A stretch of 64,000 bases of DNA, taken from positions 7,755,684 through 7,819,683 of the forward strand of contig NW_002060945.1 in assembly GCF_000150275.1 (NCBI RefSeq), read 5' to 3'. Within the stretch, counting starts at the first letter, position 1, and every line of letters starts with the position of its first letter. The notes under the pieces are model-generated. The model did not search any database. It had not been told where the DNA came from and worked only from the letters and a program-made list of their open reading frames with translations. Below, one piece after another: positions 26,201 through 41,000 of the stretch. Made by a program: the position numbers and the translations under genes. The stretch comes from Trichoplax adhaerens. Taxonomy: Eukaryota > Animalia > Placozoa.

Positions 26201-29200
26201 TGTTTTCTGTTAAGTTCAGACAAGTATTAATCGGCTTAAATTGGCCATCCCTACGTGATTGAAACATTCCATTTAATCGAAAATTGAAGTTCTTTCCATA
26301 AGCTTCGTACTGAAATTAGTAACTTATCGGCAATTATAGCAATATACAGCTATAAAATCTAAGAATAACGTAAAGGTATTTATATCTCACTTGGTACAAT
26401 TTGAAAAGTATTCAAATTTCAGTAAATCTGTTGGGTCGTTGTATAACTCTATTGTAGTAGACACGGCCTGTAAGATAATTATAAATTAATGAGAATATAG
26501 TCATATCAGAGAACAAAATTAGCTAGTTTTTATAATGATTCAGATGCGAGAGTTAATTATTTTCGTAGTCTTGTCTTTCCAAATTTCTTTCCTTACATCA
26601 TAACTTGAGTTAATTAAACCAAGAATATTACTCGATTCAGCTTCTAAATGTCCCAACCATCCCATTACTCCTTGTAAATTATCTAATAGTTCCTGTATTT
26701 CCCAAAGCCAAGATATAATTTAGAATGTCTATAGTACATATATTCACATACTATGTAAAGTATATCATAAGTCGTGGTAATGGTTTAGTTATGCCAAAGA
26801 TTGCCTTTGAAATATATGTAAACTGTCAAGCTCTTAACTGAGTTTCAGACAAGAACTGTAACTTAAAAGGGATATTGATCTTTTTCGAAATTTAATCGTA
26901 TGATAATACCTAATTAAGCTAAAAATCTATAATTATATCACTTAATATCAAACGCTACTATCGATCTACTTAAAAGTTATAGTAGTTAATAGTAAAATAC
27001 CAGTATACTCCAATTATATGAACACTGACCGTAGTCTTAACGTTGTATATTAAAACATCTTGATTTAGCTATACAAGCCGCAATGTAACATTTTACATTG
27101 AATAATTTAAATTTTGTTAAGGTGACTTACAGCAAATGCACCGTACGATTGATATCGGTTTCTAATTAGAAATACAGGTATAATTCGGTTCTCTCTTAAT
27201 TTCTCTTTTAACTGACCAATGGAAGGATAATCCTGTAACGTATATAAATATACAGAATATAAAATCTAATAATTTACAACATGCAACGGGCAATGGCTTC
27301 ATCAAATCTTCATATTCTCAATATATCTCAATATGTGCTAAAATTTACCATTACTGTTTCTGTTTCATGTTCTCCATGTTCGCTTAGATGACATTTAGCG
27401 TCATTTGGAATAACTAATCCTGCTAACTAGATTATAATTTAAACGACATATGTCATGAAACCATTCAAAAAAGTCGGTAATATTAATTAACAATACTAAA
27501 TACCGTATATAACAGTACGAACTGTATAACTTTCTCTCATATTACAAGTTAATTAGTGTACGTAACAGTTATTAGGTGCTTCATTAAAAATTTATAGAGT
27601 ACATGTTACAAGAAATGATCACCTTGCCATCGCCAGCATAATGGAAATCAGCATCTGATGCATAAACAACGATATGTCGGGCATATGGTCGCCAATTTAT
27701 TATCTGATACAGTATTATATACGTAAATATATAATCTTTAAGCCCGTTGCGAAAATTGGATTGTCGAATAAGATATAACAATCTATGAGTATTTCGGAGT
27801 TACGATTATTTTGTACTTCATTACAAACGGAAAGTTGCAAAAGGGCGTCTAGGCCTGATTCAGGAGCATCCAGATTACTGGATACCATTTGAGCGTTGAC
27901 AACCTCCTGTTATATTACAAGGGAATGCGAATATAAAAGGCAATATACGTATACATGTATCTATATTTATTGATAATTGAGATAGAAATAAACGCTAAAT
28001 GTAAGCAATTTACTACCTGAAAACTAGTCATGTTATTGGTAAGCGATAAATTGTTCCTGAATGAATAAGGTCGAATACATTGGAGAGGTTCCTTTTCACC
28101 GTCATTGCAAGGATTAACCAATCTAATAATACGTACAACATAATAGCCGATCATGAAGACATAAACTTGCATATGCATTGCATAAAATTTACGCAAATAT
28201 CGAATTGTCGCTGCAGTAACAATCGGTCATTTAATTTTTCTGGTCTTATTAAAAGCATAAAAAGTCATGTAGAGTGCCTCATTTCTTATCTAGTCCTGGC
28301 TACAAGAATGCTAATTTAATACAAAAAACTGTAAAATAGTGTAGTGTGCAACACCAAATCTTTGTTACATATTTAGTGTTTGTGAATTTGAGGGGATAAT
28401 AACCGCAATGGCGCAACTATTAATTGTAGATTTTACTATCTTAAGGATATTTTTAACTGAAAAAATATTTCAAGCAGAGTAAAGGATATATGTACGACTG
28501 GGGAGTACTCATTCATAATGGTGTAACTTTATTATTGATTACTTACTTCTCTTTAGCTTGTAACCGAAACGGCGAAACAAATTTATCAACAAATGTTCCA
28601 AATCCCCACCTTGTATCCCTGGATAATTTTTTCATTTCGAGAGCTTTACCCACACAGATATCAAGAACCAGAAGTATTTTAAAAGAAAGATCATTTAAAA
28701 TCCATGTAAGAATATATTAAGTTGTACGTCAGGTAAAGGTTTAGACACTTTCATCCATGCAACAGAGGCTGTTCAATGATAGAAGCGAAAGCGAACCCTT
28801 TTAATAATCTAAACCAATACCTAAGGTAATGGCTCGCTTTTTCAGCATATCTAGATCACCATACATTGATCGCGATATATCGTATAGAAAGTACATATCG
28901 ACAGGGCTCCGTTGGGTAGACACAATATTGAAGCTGATTTGTACTGGTTGGCCTGTAAATTAACAAAAATAGTAAGATGATGAGGTTAAAAGAGTTCAGT
29001 ACCCTACTAAAAGGCTTCTAAAACAATATGTAGAAAGAGTATAACAGTTCCATTGAAGTACTGCATGCTATTGCCAATGAATTAGAACTTGTACACTTGA
29101 TCTGCTGCATACAATGCAAGTGAGGCTAAGCAGCTGTTGCTAATAGTATCTAAATTCAAACATTACTGTTATTTATTTCAATGTGGGATTTATGCCAAAG

Positions 29201-30479
29201 CATCGTATACGTTACTTTGGGTAATTGTAGATCAAAGCCTTCTCAACGTGTCCAACTTGATATTATTAATTATAATTAACAGCTAATAAGCGAATTTATT
29301 TCACTGGTATTATCGGATGCAGTTAACTTACCTGTTCGAAGCTTAACATTAAACCGGGGTAGTTGTAATACTGAATCCGTAAAATTATTCAGTAAGATCT
29401 GCAATACGCGTATGCATGATATTAAAATAAGACATTAACACCATATTTACCAGATTATTTTGCAATCGATCAATCTTCCTCTTCTTTTCGTATTAGAATA
29501 TAAAAATGGTGACTTACAGAATCAAGATCATCGTCAACGTCAGTTCTATTTACTAAGGAAGACTGAGGATTGACAATATCTTCACAGCCTTGAACTTCAT
29601 GATTATCTGCAGCATCGCAACGATAGAGATTTTCTCCTTCATATTTCTGTGATAATGATGAGATCAAACAGGTTAATGATTCGATTCTTGTAGATATTTT
29701 TATACAACGAAATTATGTCGAGAAGTAGCCTCTGTAATAGACTGCTACTGCAGTAGGATTGATAGCTTCGATATTTGAAAATTTATTTCTAAAATAGCAG
29801 TAGAAGCCAATAATTACTTTAGGTATGTTGTGTTGAATGAAGTTTTTTCAAGAAACATGCAAATTAGTATTTTAAATGCGCCTTTTGCTAACATGAGGTA
29901 GTCTATAGAATTCGAATGTTGATGAAAATGCATCAAATTGAACGTTCTGGCAAAATATCTTTAGTGAATTGGCTTTTTTAAATATCTGTATTATTCTGAT
30001 ACTTTGGCTTCTACTTCAGATACGCCCATAAATCATTTATAACACAGGAACATGCTGCAACACTCTTATGTTCATAGTCAACAATATTCCTTCAAAACTT
30101 ACTACCATGCTTGAACATTGATACAGCACTAAATAAAGTACGACAATGGGGTTTACTACTGCATCATTACGTCGGCAAATGTTGAGTAAAATCGTATTTT
30201 GATGAACTCAAGGGAAGATTTGAAAAAGCTATAAAGTTAAAATAATTATGGCTTAATAATCCATTTTACGTGTACTTTCTGTCTTGAATAGTAGAAAAAT
30301 CTTTCCTTTTGGGATCTTTGGAAATTACTTACAAAGTCGGCGCACCATGCACATTCCGGATTAGCAATACATACTTCACATGCCTTTAACGGCTGGCAAG
30401 GATTAGGAGGATCAATAACGGCTACTACGAGTAGATATGCCAATATTAAAAAGACTCGAACGTTTATAGCAATCATCAT
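23249..30479 (-). CDS. ITGB: Integrin beta subunit, divergent paralogue (multi-exon, intact)
   Basis: Signal peptide MMIAINVRVFLILAYLLVVAV; PSI domain (CIANPECAWC); betaI motifs [58 protein letters not shown]; Cys-rich I-EGF exons; TM ending AWK; tail ...ENPVYIRATTSYKNPMYHKNFDRNT* (exon 23326-23249). Confidence 0.95.
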
Positions 30480-32820
30480 CACAAATCGATCAAGACGACA
30501 GTCAGAAGTAACAAGGATACCGCAATTATTCATTCTAAAAAGCAAATCCATGATAGAGAGAAACAGTCTAATTCCCTTACCTACAGCTGAAATTCTGATA
30601 GTCAGTAGGCAAAGCAAATAAATTGATTTCATTTGAAATCAGCGAATGGCTTGAGAAGTTACTTGTTTTTAATATCAATAAAATTGAGAAGGAACGTCGC
30701 CCACATAAGACCAAAGGAAAAAAATCAACAAATATACCCGTACTGCATCGGCTAATATCGTACGTCGTAGGAGGTGAACGTTATTAAAATTGAATTTCGT
30801 TCAAGCTTTCTTTGCTACCAAAGATTGTGAATGGTTTAAGTTTAGTCGTTGTCTAAATCAATTCCTACAATCAATGTTGTATTGTAGTCTACTTTTGAAC
30901 ATTTATGATCGACCTTGTCTAAGAATAAATCTTGTTTTCATTTAAATGGATTATGATAGCCCTGTTTGAAATCAACCAATGGAATCACTTCATACCGTAT
31001 GTGGTCGTATAGCTATCCAAGTCATGAATTGAATTGGGCTAATTATGATTAGATAAGGGAAAAAATGTCCTTTAACGTCATTTTAAACTTTAAATAGATA
31101 CGATTCATGCCAATCGTAGAATTATTTCTTTTTTTACTGTTAGTACATTAGATATTTCTTTGCAGTGAATACCTAGAAGTCATGCAGATTCAAGACGGTA
31201 TTTACGGCAATTGTTTCTTTCCTTGTAAAGTGGGAGAAAAATCAGTTGGTGCAGGACACTGTTGAAATAATTCGTTTATTTATTTAATTAATGTACTTTA
31301 CTGGATCATTTCGAAACCAACGTTCATTCTTAATTAACATTAACATTATTTTTGCCCTACCATTTACTCGTATAACTTATCTGCTTTCACACCACGCCCA
31401 TGATTAGCAGCGTAAATATATTTTGTTGGATTATCGAATAGCTTTATCGCAATTTTCTTTCTTTCTGACAATTAGAACATAGCCGTTATCTCACGAGCAA
31501 AATTTAAAAAAATAAATAAACCAATTCTAAGTAAATTATTTATTGAACCGTTCAAACTAAAATTAATTAAATTATTGACTCCTTAACGTTTAGGGTGTCA
31601 TAGAAAGCCACAAATTATCCAGAGACTTTTAATAAGAGAAATCCTCGCTCTTACAAGTCCCCGATATTATTTCCCTTTTCTACTTTATCAGGTGTAGGAT
31701 ATTGAATGGGATCACGATAGTTTGAATTCATAGGCATGAAGGTCTTTTACACTTATAAATCATTCAAACTGTTATTTTTTACTCGATGTTCTACGAAATG
31801 CTTGTGTAGCTGCAGTGAAATGGATTTGTTACCGTATCAGTTCACATCATGTTGCTTCTCTTCAGTCTGTAGTCTACAGTAGTAGTAGTAATTCAATGAC
31901 AAAATAAAGTTCACCGGAATCATTCATTGCAATATGATTGGACTCGTTGCGGTAGTCTTCAATCAATCGTATCATTGATCAATGTTGTTATTAAGGCATT
32001 TAAGGAGTTGATATAGTAAACACTTTTTAGCGTCTACTGTAGTGGAATGGTTAGGATTACTGTAATCACTTGATGGTTAGCTCGAATGAAATTAGTTTTA
32101 TCATTCTAACCAGTGGCGTTACTATTTGTTTCCATTTGACTAATGAAATCGATTGATTCCTTTTTGCATTTTAACTGCGTGCGACTTTAAACTACCTAAC
32201 AATAGTTTAAAAGTTGTTTGTTGGTGATAATATCTAAGTTGACAAATGGATCTACTCATGGTCTAGGCTGGTATTATTAATTATTATTATTAACTTAAAT
32301 ACAGTATTGAGTCAATAGAGGTACTGTCGTTACAATTAGCTAGATTTCCCTTCAGTAGAACTCAGCTTAAAAAGAAAGAATTGTTTATCAAAACGGAAGG
32401 CTACTTAACTCAAATCTTTCTTTAACTAATTATATATCAATTATTGAAGTATTTTATCATTTGTACACCACGTACATGGCTCCGAATGATATGTTGCCTT
32501 GCAGGTTGATGACTAAATTAATTCAAAATATGAAGTAATAAAATTAGTATCGATCATTTTCCAAGCAGCCAAATAACTAAAGTGTACAGTGCAGTCAATT
32601 TTGCACCGAAAGAAAATCGCAATCTTATATACTCGTATGGTTAGTCCCTCCCTAAACTAGCTCAGAAAAACTGATAATACCAGGAATTTACTACTATTGG
32701 AATATGAATTCCATGTAGGAAATTTCTGAATTAAATGGGGAATTAGCAGTTTATTTTCGCATCGACAAACCATTGCGGATGTTTAAAAAATCCACCTCTG
32801 CGTCATAATCAGGTCCGTAG

Positions 32821-33446
32821 ATTCACCTCTATGATCATGAGTGGCGCAGTGAAGACGTGGAACCCGGTGGAGGTCTTCAGACCATTCGTAGTATCCTGCA
32901 TTTTCTCTAGACTGCAATTACTAGTAGCTATTGAAATGGAATTGTAGCATTAGCAAAGCTTATTTCACCCTGACTGCAATCAGTTCGAGCTCGCAATAAG
33001 TTAGCTGTATGTAATGATTAAAACCTCCATTTCTTCATTGTGAGAGTCATGATCATAGGGGTCAATCAAGCATTAGGTCGCTCCATTTTCTCTATGTTAC
33101 ACTGATAGTAGCTGTTAAAATGGAATCCTGGCACGAGCAAAGCCTATGTTGATTGCAATCAGCTAGTGCTGATAATAAGTTGGCTGCATGCAATGATGTA
33201 AGCCTCCATTTTTTTCACCGCGTTTAAAGCCATGATCATAGAGGCAAACCGATAGATAGGATTAACGCAGCACTCAAGGAGTTGGTAACCCGTTACTGAA
33301 TGCTGCACATTTATGGATTACAGGACAAAAATCTGGTAGCCCGTGGCTGATTGCAATCAGTTTGTGCTGGTATCAAGTTAGTTGTATGCAATGATTTAAA
33401 TATTTTTATTTCTTCACTGTGCTAGTCATGATCATAAAGGCAAATT
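32821..33446. mobile_element. MITE-like element with about 35-bp terminal inverted repeats and a triplicated right arm
   Basis: Left arm 'cctctatgatcatgagtggcgcagtgaaga' (32826-32855) is an imperfect reverse complement of 'tcttcactgtgctagtcatgatcataaagg' (33411-33440). Related right arms lie at about 33026-33066 and 33205-33249, ending direct units of about 190 bp. No ORF. Confidence 0.6.
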
Positions 33447-33559
33447 GATGGACATGTTGGTGCAAAGTATAAATTTTCCTTCGTTATTTTTTTCATTTGA
33501 ATATCAACCTTCAGTCTATCCATGATATCGATTAAAAAAAAGAAAAATAGGAGCCATTG

Positions 33560-33900
33560 GATATCGTAGTGACGTCACTCGTCATCGTGTTACGTTGCTT
33601 GATGCTGGCCCTATCACTGTCTGTACAGTACTGTACTGTATTGTCAGAGTGGAGTGCACTGTGCCCACTGTGCAGTACGGTGACCGAGAAGTCGAGACAT
33701 CCTACTGTGTGTGTGACGCGCTCTGCAGGTTGCGCCCGCTCAATAATAGATCAAGAAAAATTCCTAGACGTTTTATCCATTTCTCTACCACCACACCTGA
33801 CCAAGAATGACAACAACAGCGGGAGTTCGCTTCAACACTGCAAACACGTGCACGAGGTTGATTGTGTAATGTGTATGAAGCAACGACCATTCATTGATGC
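33560..33900. promoter_or_regulatory. Putative promoter/enhancer island between the integrin genes
   Basis: Locally GC/CpG-richer. Perfect palindrome AGTGACGTCACT with a CRE core at 33568-33579, a GTACAGTACTGTACTGTA tract at about 33623, and a CACGTG E-box at about 33845. Confidence 0.45.
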
Positions 33901-34629
33901 ACTTCGTCATCGTCTTTCTTATATCATGGTCTGCTAAATCTCATTTTAGTAGTCCATGGTTGTGTTTGCCGTGATTGCAGTCGACAACGAGCTGCAGTCA
34001 AAATCAATGGATGATTATTAATCCATACAAGGTATCGTTTCCTTGTTTGTACAGTGCTTACTGCAATGATTAATGGGTGGTTTCACAATCAAGTAGGATA
34101 TGAAAGATTTTGAGAGGATTAAAGTCTTAGGCCTGAGTCACCTGACTGTACAGAAAGAAATCCCCCCAAAAGTCAGAATGATAGAAGGGGTACTAATTGA
34201 GACTATTATTGTATCATGAAGTTGCAATAAGTTCATTGCAGACTACGGTTGGTAATAGTATCAACTACGAGATATGCATGCAACTAGTCGTCTATGGTAA
34301 TAGAAAGCGAGGGAATGTTGTTGTTCAAAAGTTAATTTTCAATATTACATGCCTACGTTAAATGGAGAAAGAAGGAAGGATTTGCCTACTAGACCCATTG
34401 ACCTCCAATGGATGGACATATTTACTGTTGATTAATTCATTTTAATTTTAGCGTGCAGTACAGTACGTGCTCGTAGTGCAGTGACAAGTTCATTTTCACA
34501 GTATTAGCATGTTCACATCTTGTCAGACTGGCCATCCAATGGATACGTTCCCTTCAATAAAGGACTAAGCGATCCATTTATACTTCCAATAGAGTAACAT
34601 CAATCAAAGTGAAAAAAAAATCATTCAAA

Positions 34630-35103
34630 ATTGAAGTACAGTACAGTACATAACAGTACTGTACAGTATGCAATGGTTAGAAACAAATACTCTACTGTTC
34701 TGCAGTCAATACTGATTTCAGTGTAGACTGTCATTGTCACAATAACTTCTTCAACAGTATTGTAAACTTGGTCAAATCCAAAAGGAAATACTGTACATTA
34801 CAGTACAATACAGTACGGTACAGTACTCTACACTGTAGTGCATTCATAGCCAGCCAGTGGACTGTGGAATAGCATGACCAGGGGCCGGCGAGTGACTCTC
34901 TCTTATCGAAGCGTTTCAATTCGAACGTACAGCAGCTTCACCATACGCCAGTGAGGTCGTACAACAGTGCTGTAGGTGAAATGCTCCCCAGTGGAACGGT
35001 ACTAGACTGCACGTCAAGATTGAAGCCAGTCGGTCGGCAACAACGCTCTCGTTAGCATACTACCTTGGAAAAGTTGCCACTAGCAAAGACGATTTCAAAG
35101 TGG
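34630..35103 (+). promoter_or_regulatory. Putative promoter and non-coding first exon of the plus-strand integrin beta
   Basis: A GTACA/CAGTACTG cluster (34636-34840) is followed by a GC-richer segment ending at a consensus donor, G|GTAAGT, at 35104. A matching acceptor TTTAG at 37995-37999 lies just before the ATG at 38034. Confidence 0.5.
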
Positions 35104-38033
35104 GTAAGTAATAAGAAGTATCTCGATTAATGGATATTGACAATGAAACTATCATTTAGCTTGTGGGTAAATCTCTTTTGACCGTTATGAAAGCTGCACT
35201 TGGCTATGACTGCTAGTTCTCGACTTTGTCAATTGTTTGCTTTACGGTATTGTGCTCCAATGGGCACCAGGAACTTTTTATCATAGTCGGCTGCTACAGG
35301 CTACTACTTGTACAATATTACGCTCAGTAACTTGATTGGCAATGCTATCCATGATTTTATTCACTCCAATCTTACATAAAATGAGAAATGGATATCATGA
35401 TCAGCTTTATCCAGGATAATTCCTTATCCTATCCTTGACTATGTCGTCCATGTCTGACTGTCTTTATACGCTAATGCATATCAATAGGAGTCGCCAGCAG
35501 TGAGACGAGACGTCAATGTTATTCTACTTATTGTAGGCCAATAACGAGGTTGGGGTTAGAATGAGACGAGGATATCGATAGGATGTACTTCTCCATCTCC
35601 TTACCGTAGCAGCCATACACAAGTCACCGCGAAATGAGTCTAAATTTACTCTTCATAATCGACATCGGTTTAGCCTCGTGTTTTTTATCGTCTCAATCAA
35701 TCGAGCACGAACCTATTTTCATGCTCAATTCTATACCTTGACCGCTATGCAATGAGAAAGGAATTGTCATGGCGGGCTTATTGACATCAATGTAACTTAT
35801 TTTAGCATGCTGTACTATTTTTTTCCTCATCACATGGCTGTACTTCGTACAAAAGTTTCTAGCGATCAAATTTTCTACATGGATCGCGCTGGTTTAAGCG
35901 TAAAACGTTGCGAAAGTGTAGACGAACATAGTATTGTACTGTATTTTACACTTATAGCATGAGGTACAACTTTTTGGTAGAATGAATATACAGTACACTT
36001 GCCTTAGGTATGACCATAGAAAAGCAAGAGGCAAGAATAGATGCGATCATCGATACGTTTCATTTTACACCAATAAGATACTTTATTAAAGGAAATAGTA
36101 GAAATAGAGACGTACATCAAGTATAGGATTAAAATATTTTGAAGTAATCTTTCCAATATACAGCACGCTATGACCGTCATCCATTACAGTATATTAGAGT
36201 CTATAGCTACCATAGATCAATCAATGCCGAATGGGTCGATAATGTTAAATGATATATCTGTCGATTACTTCATCGTCATGATTTGCAATGCCGGTTGTGG
36301 AAAATAACTTCAAAATTATTCTTCACCAGCAGCAAAGGTAGTTCAACAATGTCCAAAATACTTTTTTTTACTCAAATAAATTGTAGTGTTCGTTCGCTAG
36401 TGTAGTGATGATCGGATTTGCGGTAAAACCGGTGCTCTGCAGTAAAGACACTTAGAATGGTCTCTAGTCTGCACAATTCACTACAATATACAGTATTTCT
36501 CGATCAAGCAAGTCCTACTATTAGTAGATAGATCGTAATTCTTTCAACCCATTTTTTTTAATAATTGGCAATCATCTATGGCAGATTACGGTTGCAAAAC
36601 AAACCGTGACTTTTATTAAAATATGGTATTTTAGTTATAACTAGTTATTATTGAATATTTTCAATACTATGATATAGCAGCGTTTTTTAATTATATATTA
36701 GTGTTCGTAACATAATATTGACAAAGTTTGGAAGATACGGTCCAACACTGGATTGTTACTAAGAATAATTTACATGGAGATTATCAAACAACGCCTTATA
36801 GCTTGCATACTTAAACAGTAATGGATTATTTTTTTAATAAGGGAGGGGGTAAAAAATTGTTTTGCATTATGGCTATCTCCCAAGTAATTTCGTCGTTCGT
36901 AATGACTTCTGGCCAGCCTTCGCGTTTAAAATTGCGCTTATTTACGTTAATGGAGCCAATGGATAGTCTTACGTTCTGAATAGAATTGAACGATCAACTG
37001 AACGTGTGCGGTTCAATTGATTATTTATTTACAGTAAAACAGCGTGATGATTCTTTCACTGCCCTTTAATAATCGTCTGTAATATGTAAGAAATCGAACA
37101 TTTTTTGCTTCAATATCCTTTCATTAAAATTTGATTCATGAAATTGATACCTTTCAGCGGAAATAACACGACAATCACAGTATTAAGCTAGTCGATCAGT
37201 GTACAGAATTCTTCACATTTATACTATTGCTAAATAGCACTGTACCTTAAAGTATAGTCTGTCAATAAATTATAAGGTGCTAGTTTGGATGCTGCGTTTT
37301 ATATGCTCAATTTTACCATGATTGCTGGCTATACGGTAGAATGGCAGTAGATCCCTAAAAAATGTAAAGTATCGTTATAAAATTAGTTGATGACAAAAGA
37401 GTCATGATGTTAATGGGTTCCTATGGAACGTCCATTAATACGTTGGGCTAATCGTCTATAGAATATATTAGGTTTCCGTTTAAGAAATATTACGTTAAAG
37501 TTCCAGCCATTATATGATGAACCAATTCCTGTCGTTACGATGTAGAGTTGACTACGTCATAATAAATCACATTCAAATAGTACTGTAATTATACTTACTG
37601 TAGTATTATAGCTTGTGAATAATGAATTTGTTCCAACACATAAATTGTTCTATACCAGCCAGTGTTAAATGATTTACCTTACTGCTGTTTATACGCCTCG
37701 CAGCTGTCCGCAATACAGGAACAGTAAAAATTTTTTTATTATCTCGCGTACAATAGCCTTGACTTTTCAACTACGTAGTCGTTATTATTCCTGCTGGTGA
37801 AATTAGATGTCTTGCGAGATAGTAGACTACCACAAATTACTTTCTAGAACAAAGATCCTAATGAACCAATATTAAACTCCTAAATTTTAAAAAATATTGA
37901 TGTAAAGGTTAAATAAAATTCTTACATTTTCAATCTTAATTTGCTTGTACTGAGATAACTTAATGCCAACTGAATATAACATCATTGTTATTAATTTAGA
38001 TCCTTGACGTGGGTATTGCCCTATCCAAATAAA

Positions 38034-41000
38034 ATGGTTTCCGCCAAATATAGTTTAGGCTATTTTCTATTACTAACCTGCATCGGTTTAACTTTATGCC
38101 AAGGTAATGATAAATTTAGATTAGTACATGGGATAATATTGGAAATGTTCACCTGTAATTTAATAGGTTAAAAAATAGCAATAGTGATATTTTAAAATCT
38201 AATTTTGCGAAAAATATGGCTACGGCCATATAGCACTTAATCTAATTAACGGTAAAATCACCTTATCCTGTTAGAGATAGAGAAGTAAATAAAAATGTAT
38301 AAGTAATTCACTATTGGTTTTCCTCTTCTGTCAGAACAATAATTCTAATTTCGAATGTTAAGCAAACTTTATATCTGTATACTCGTACTCATATTGTTAA
38401 TTGACTTGTTGGTACTATAAGAGCACACAATCAGTTAATTAATTATGCTACACTTATTTTTGCTAGTAATCACAGTATATATAGTCTGTATTGGTAGATT
38501 ATGTAACTTTAAAATGTTTGTAAACTTTCAATATTGATCTGTTTTAGTTGACCGTTGCAATAGTTATTCGGATTCTTGCGCATCTTGTATGAATTCTGAT
38601 CCAACTTGTGCATGGTGTGCTGATGAGGTAACGTATCGTGAAAAACTATTAAATGAATTACGATATCAGACCCTTAAGATACTGTCCATATGTTTGGAAG
38701 AAAATTGAGTACTAATTTCACTGATATTAGAACCTAAAATTCAGTACAGTTTCTTAGCCGTCAATGTCGATCCTTAGTCTGTCGTATGTCACACATAGGA
38801 TTATTTAATAAAATTATATTGTACGCTCACTGCAGCAACTTTGGTTAGAATACGGGGCGCATAGTATATGATGTTAATTGTGCAATTTTTGCCTTTAGCT
38901 AGCATTCAAAGTAACCCCCGATATTGTAGTATATTTCTTAGATATGGATCTTGAGTAATGCACTACAAGATAAATATATTATTTAACCACGTTTTTACGT
39001 GGCATTCAATGGTCTTGTAATTTTATTTAATTTTCTCAAGTTTAATCGTCATTGACTTACTATTTAGAATTATAGGGGATCTTCGCGCTGTCGTTTATTA
39101 AAGAATATGCAGCCTTCGTGCTCTAACATTGTACAACACATTTCTAAAGCGTCTATTTCTTCGGTAAATCCTTAGTATAAGCTACAGAAGGATTAGATCT
39201 ACACAGATATTTAATTTATGCATAGTTACAAATTTGATGGCATTAAATTTCAACTCGTTATCGCTAACAAATAGAGGCCAACTCTAAATGAAAATATTCA
39301 AGTTGCGCCTTCTGTCGTAGATCTTGATCTACGTGTCGGTAAGTTTAAACCCTGATTATCGTCATTAATAAATGTATTCGAAATATTTCCTAAAATAGTA
39401 GCTTGCAACTTAATTGATAGAATTTTGTTGCTTTTGTAAGCATCATACTTGCTACTATAGCGCCTCACTATCATGCAATAATTTTTTCCTGGAATAGTAC
39501 TTCTATCACAAAGAGCCTACAACTTCAAAACGAGTCGTAGGCAATAAATAAATTACTGTTGCATTTTGTAGGTCAACCCGCAAAGTTTTCCATTGAAGTG
39601 CAACCTGCTGCTAATTATCCTGTCGATTTATATTATTTGATGGACGTATCCTTCTCCATGAGAGATGATTTGGATATCATGAAAGGCACAATAAACACTA
39701 TTGGTAAGTCAGTTACTAAATACATTGTTTACTTGGTTAGCGCTGGCTTCTTACAGAAGATTTTAGTAAGATAAAAGGTATTGACTAAATTTCCTCTTTA
39801 TTCTTTTACATAGTAAATGAAATGAGAACCTTGTCGAATCGTAGTAGCTTTGGTTTTGGAACATTTGTTGATAAGCCGATTGCACCGTTCATGGATCCTT
39901 CACGTTATAGGTACAACAGCAAGTTTAAATTATTATTTATTGGCTAGGCTTAGAGGATGGACTGATGATCAATGCCTTAACATACACGAACTTAGCAGTA
40001 TATAATGCTTTGCTCCTTTAAATTTGCCGATTACATAACAATATTATTACTTTCTAATAAATAGACGCCAAGTACCCTGTACAGGATTTCCAGATTTTGA
40101 TCCTTTGAAAATGGTGTGTGATCCAACTTACGGCTTTGTCAATGCAATGCCAGTTACCGATGATGTTAATAAATTTAAGGTAAGCATAACTAAAAGCTCT
40201 AGTTTTTCAGAATTCTGGAAATCCTTACAATGCTACTAGTCTTAATGTCTTATAAATATTCTATTCGTTTACACCAGAATCGTCTTGCCGTTCAGAATAT
40301 ATCATCTAATTTAGATAGTCCGGAAGGAGGGTTAGATGCCCTGTTGCAAGTTGCAGTCTGCACTGAGGTATCTTTTATACGATCGTGATCAGTAGTAAAC
40401 AAACACCCATATAAATATCTTCGAAATATATTGTTATTTTTAATATTTGTATTTCTTTCTGTAGAGGATTGGATGGCGTAGTGGTGCAAGGCACGTTGTT
40501 ATTTATGCTAGCGACTCTAATTATCATTATTCTGGTGATGGAAAGGTATGTATTGTGACTTGTTTACTTCTTAAGCTGTTATTACAAGAATGTATCTTTA
40601 GTTACCTTAGATTGACTAAACTGACCGTCTTTAATGATTATAATTCGTAGCTGGCAGGAATCACTAAACCCAATGACGGTCAATGTCGTGTAAGCTCAGA
40701 AGGCTTATTTAATGGAATCGAAATGGTAATTATAAAGTTTTAGCTTTTATGAACATAGGTCTACTCATTAATTAATGAAAATTATGTTCGTACAATGCAG
40801 GACTATCCATCACTACGGCAGCTAAGAGATAAGTTGGAACAGTTTCAGATTTTGCCGGTGTTTGCCGTTACCAAGCGGACTTTTGGAGAATATGTGGTGA
40901 GGATTATTAAATGTATTATTCATTTGTAAGGGCCCTGAAAAGAGAAAGAGCCTTGCGCGAACTTCAACTTCAAATACTGTAATATGTGATACGATTTGAA

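Noticed and set aside
33557-33937. ORFs 33557-33937, 33595-33810 and 33702-33890
   Set aside because: Chance ORFs in a GC-richer island containing GTACA repeats (VQYCTV peptides); no domain.
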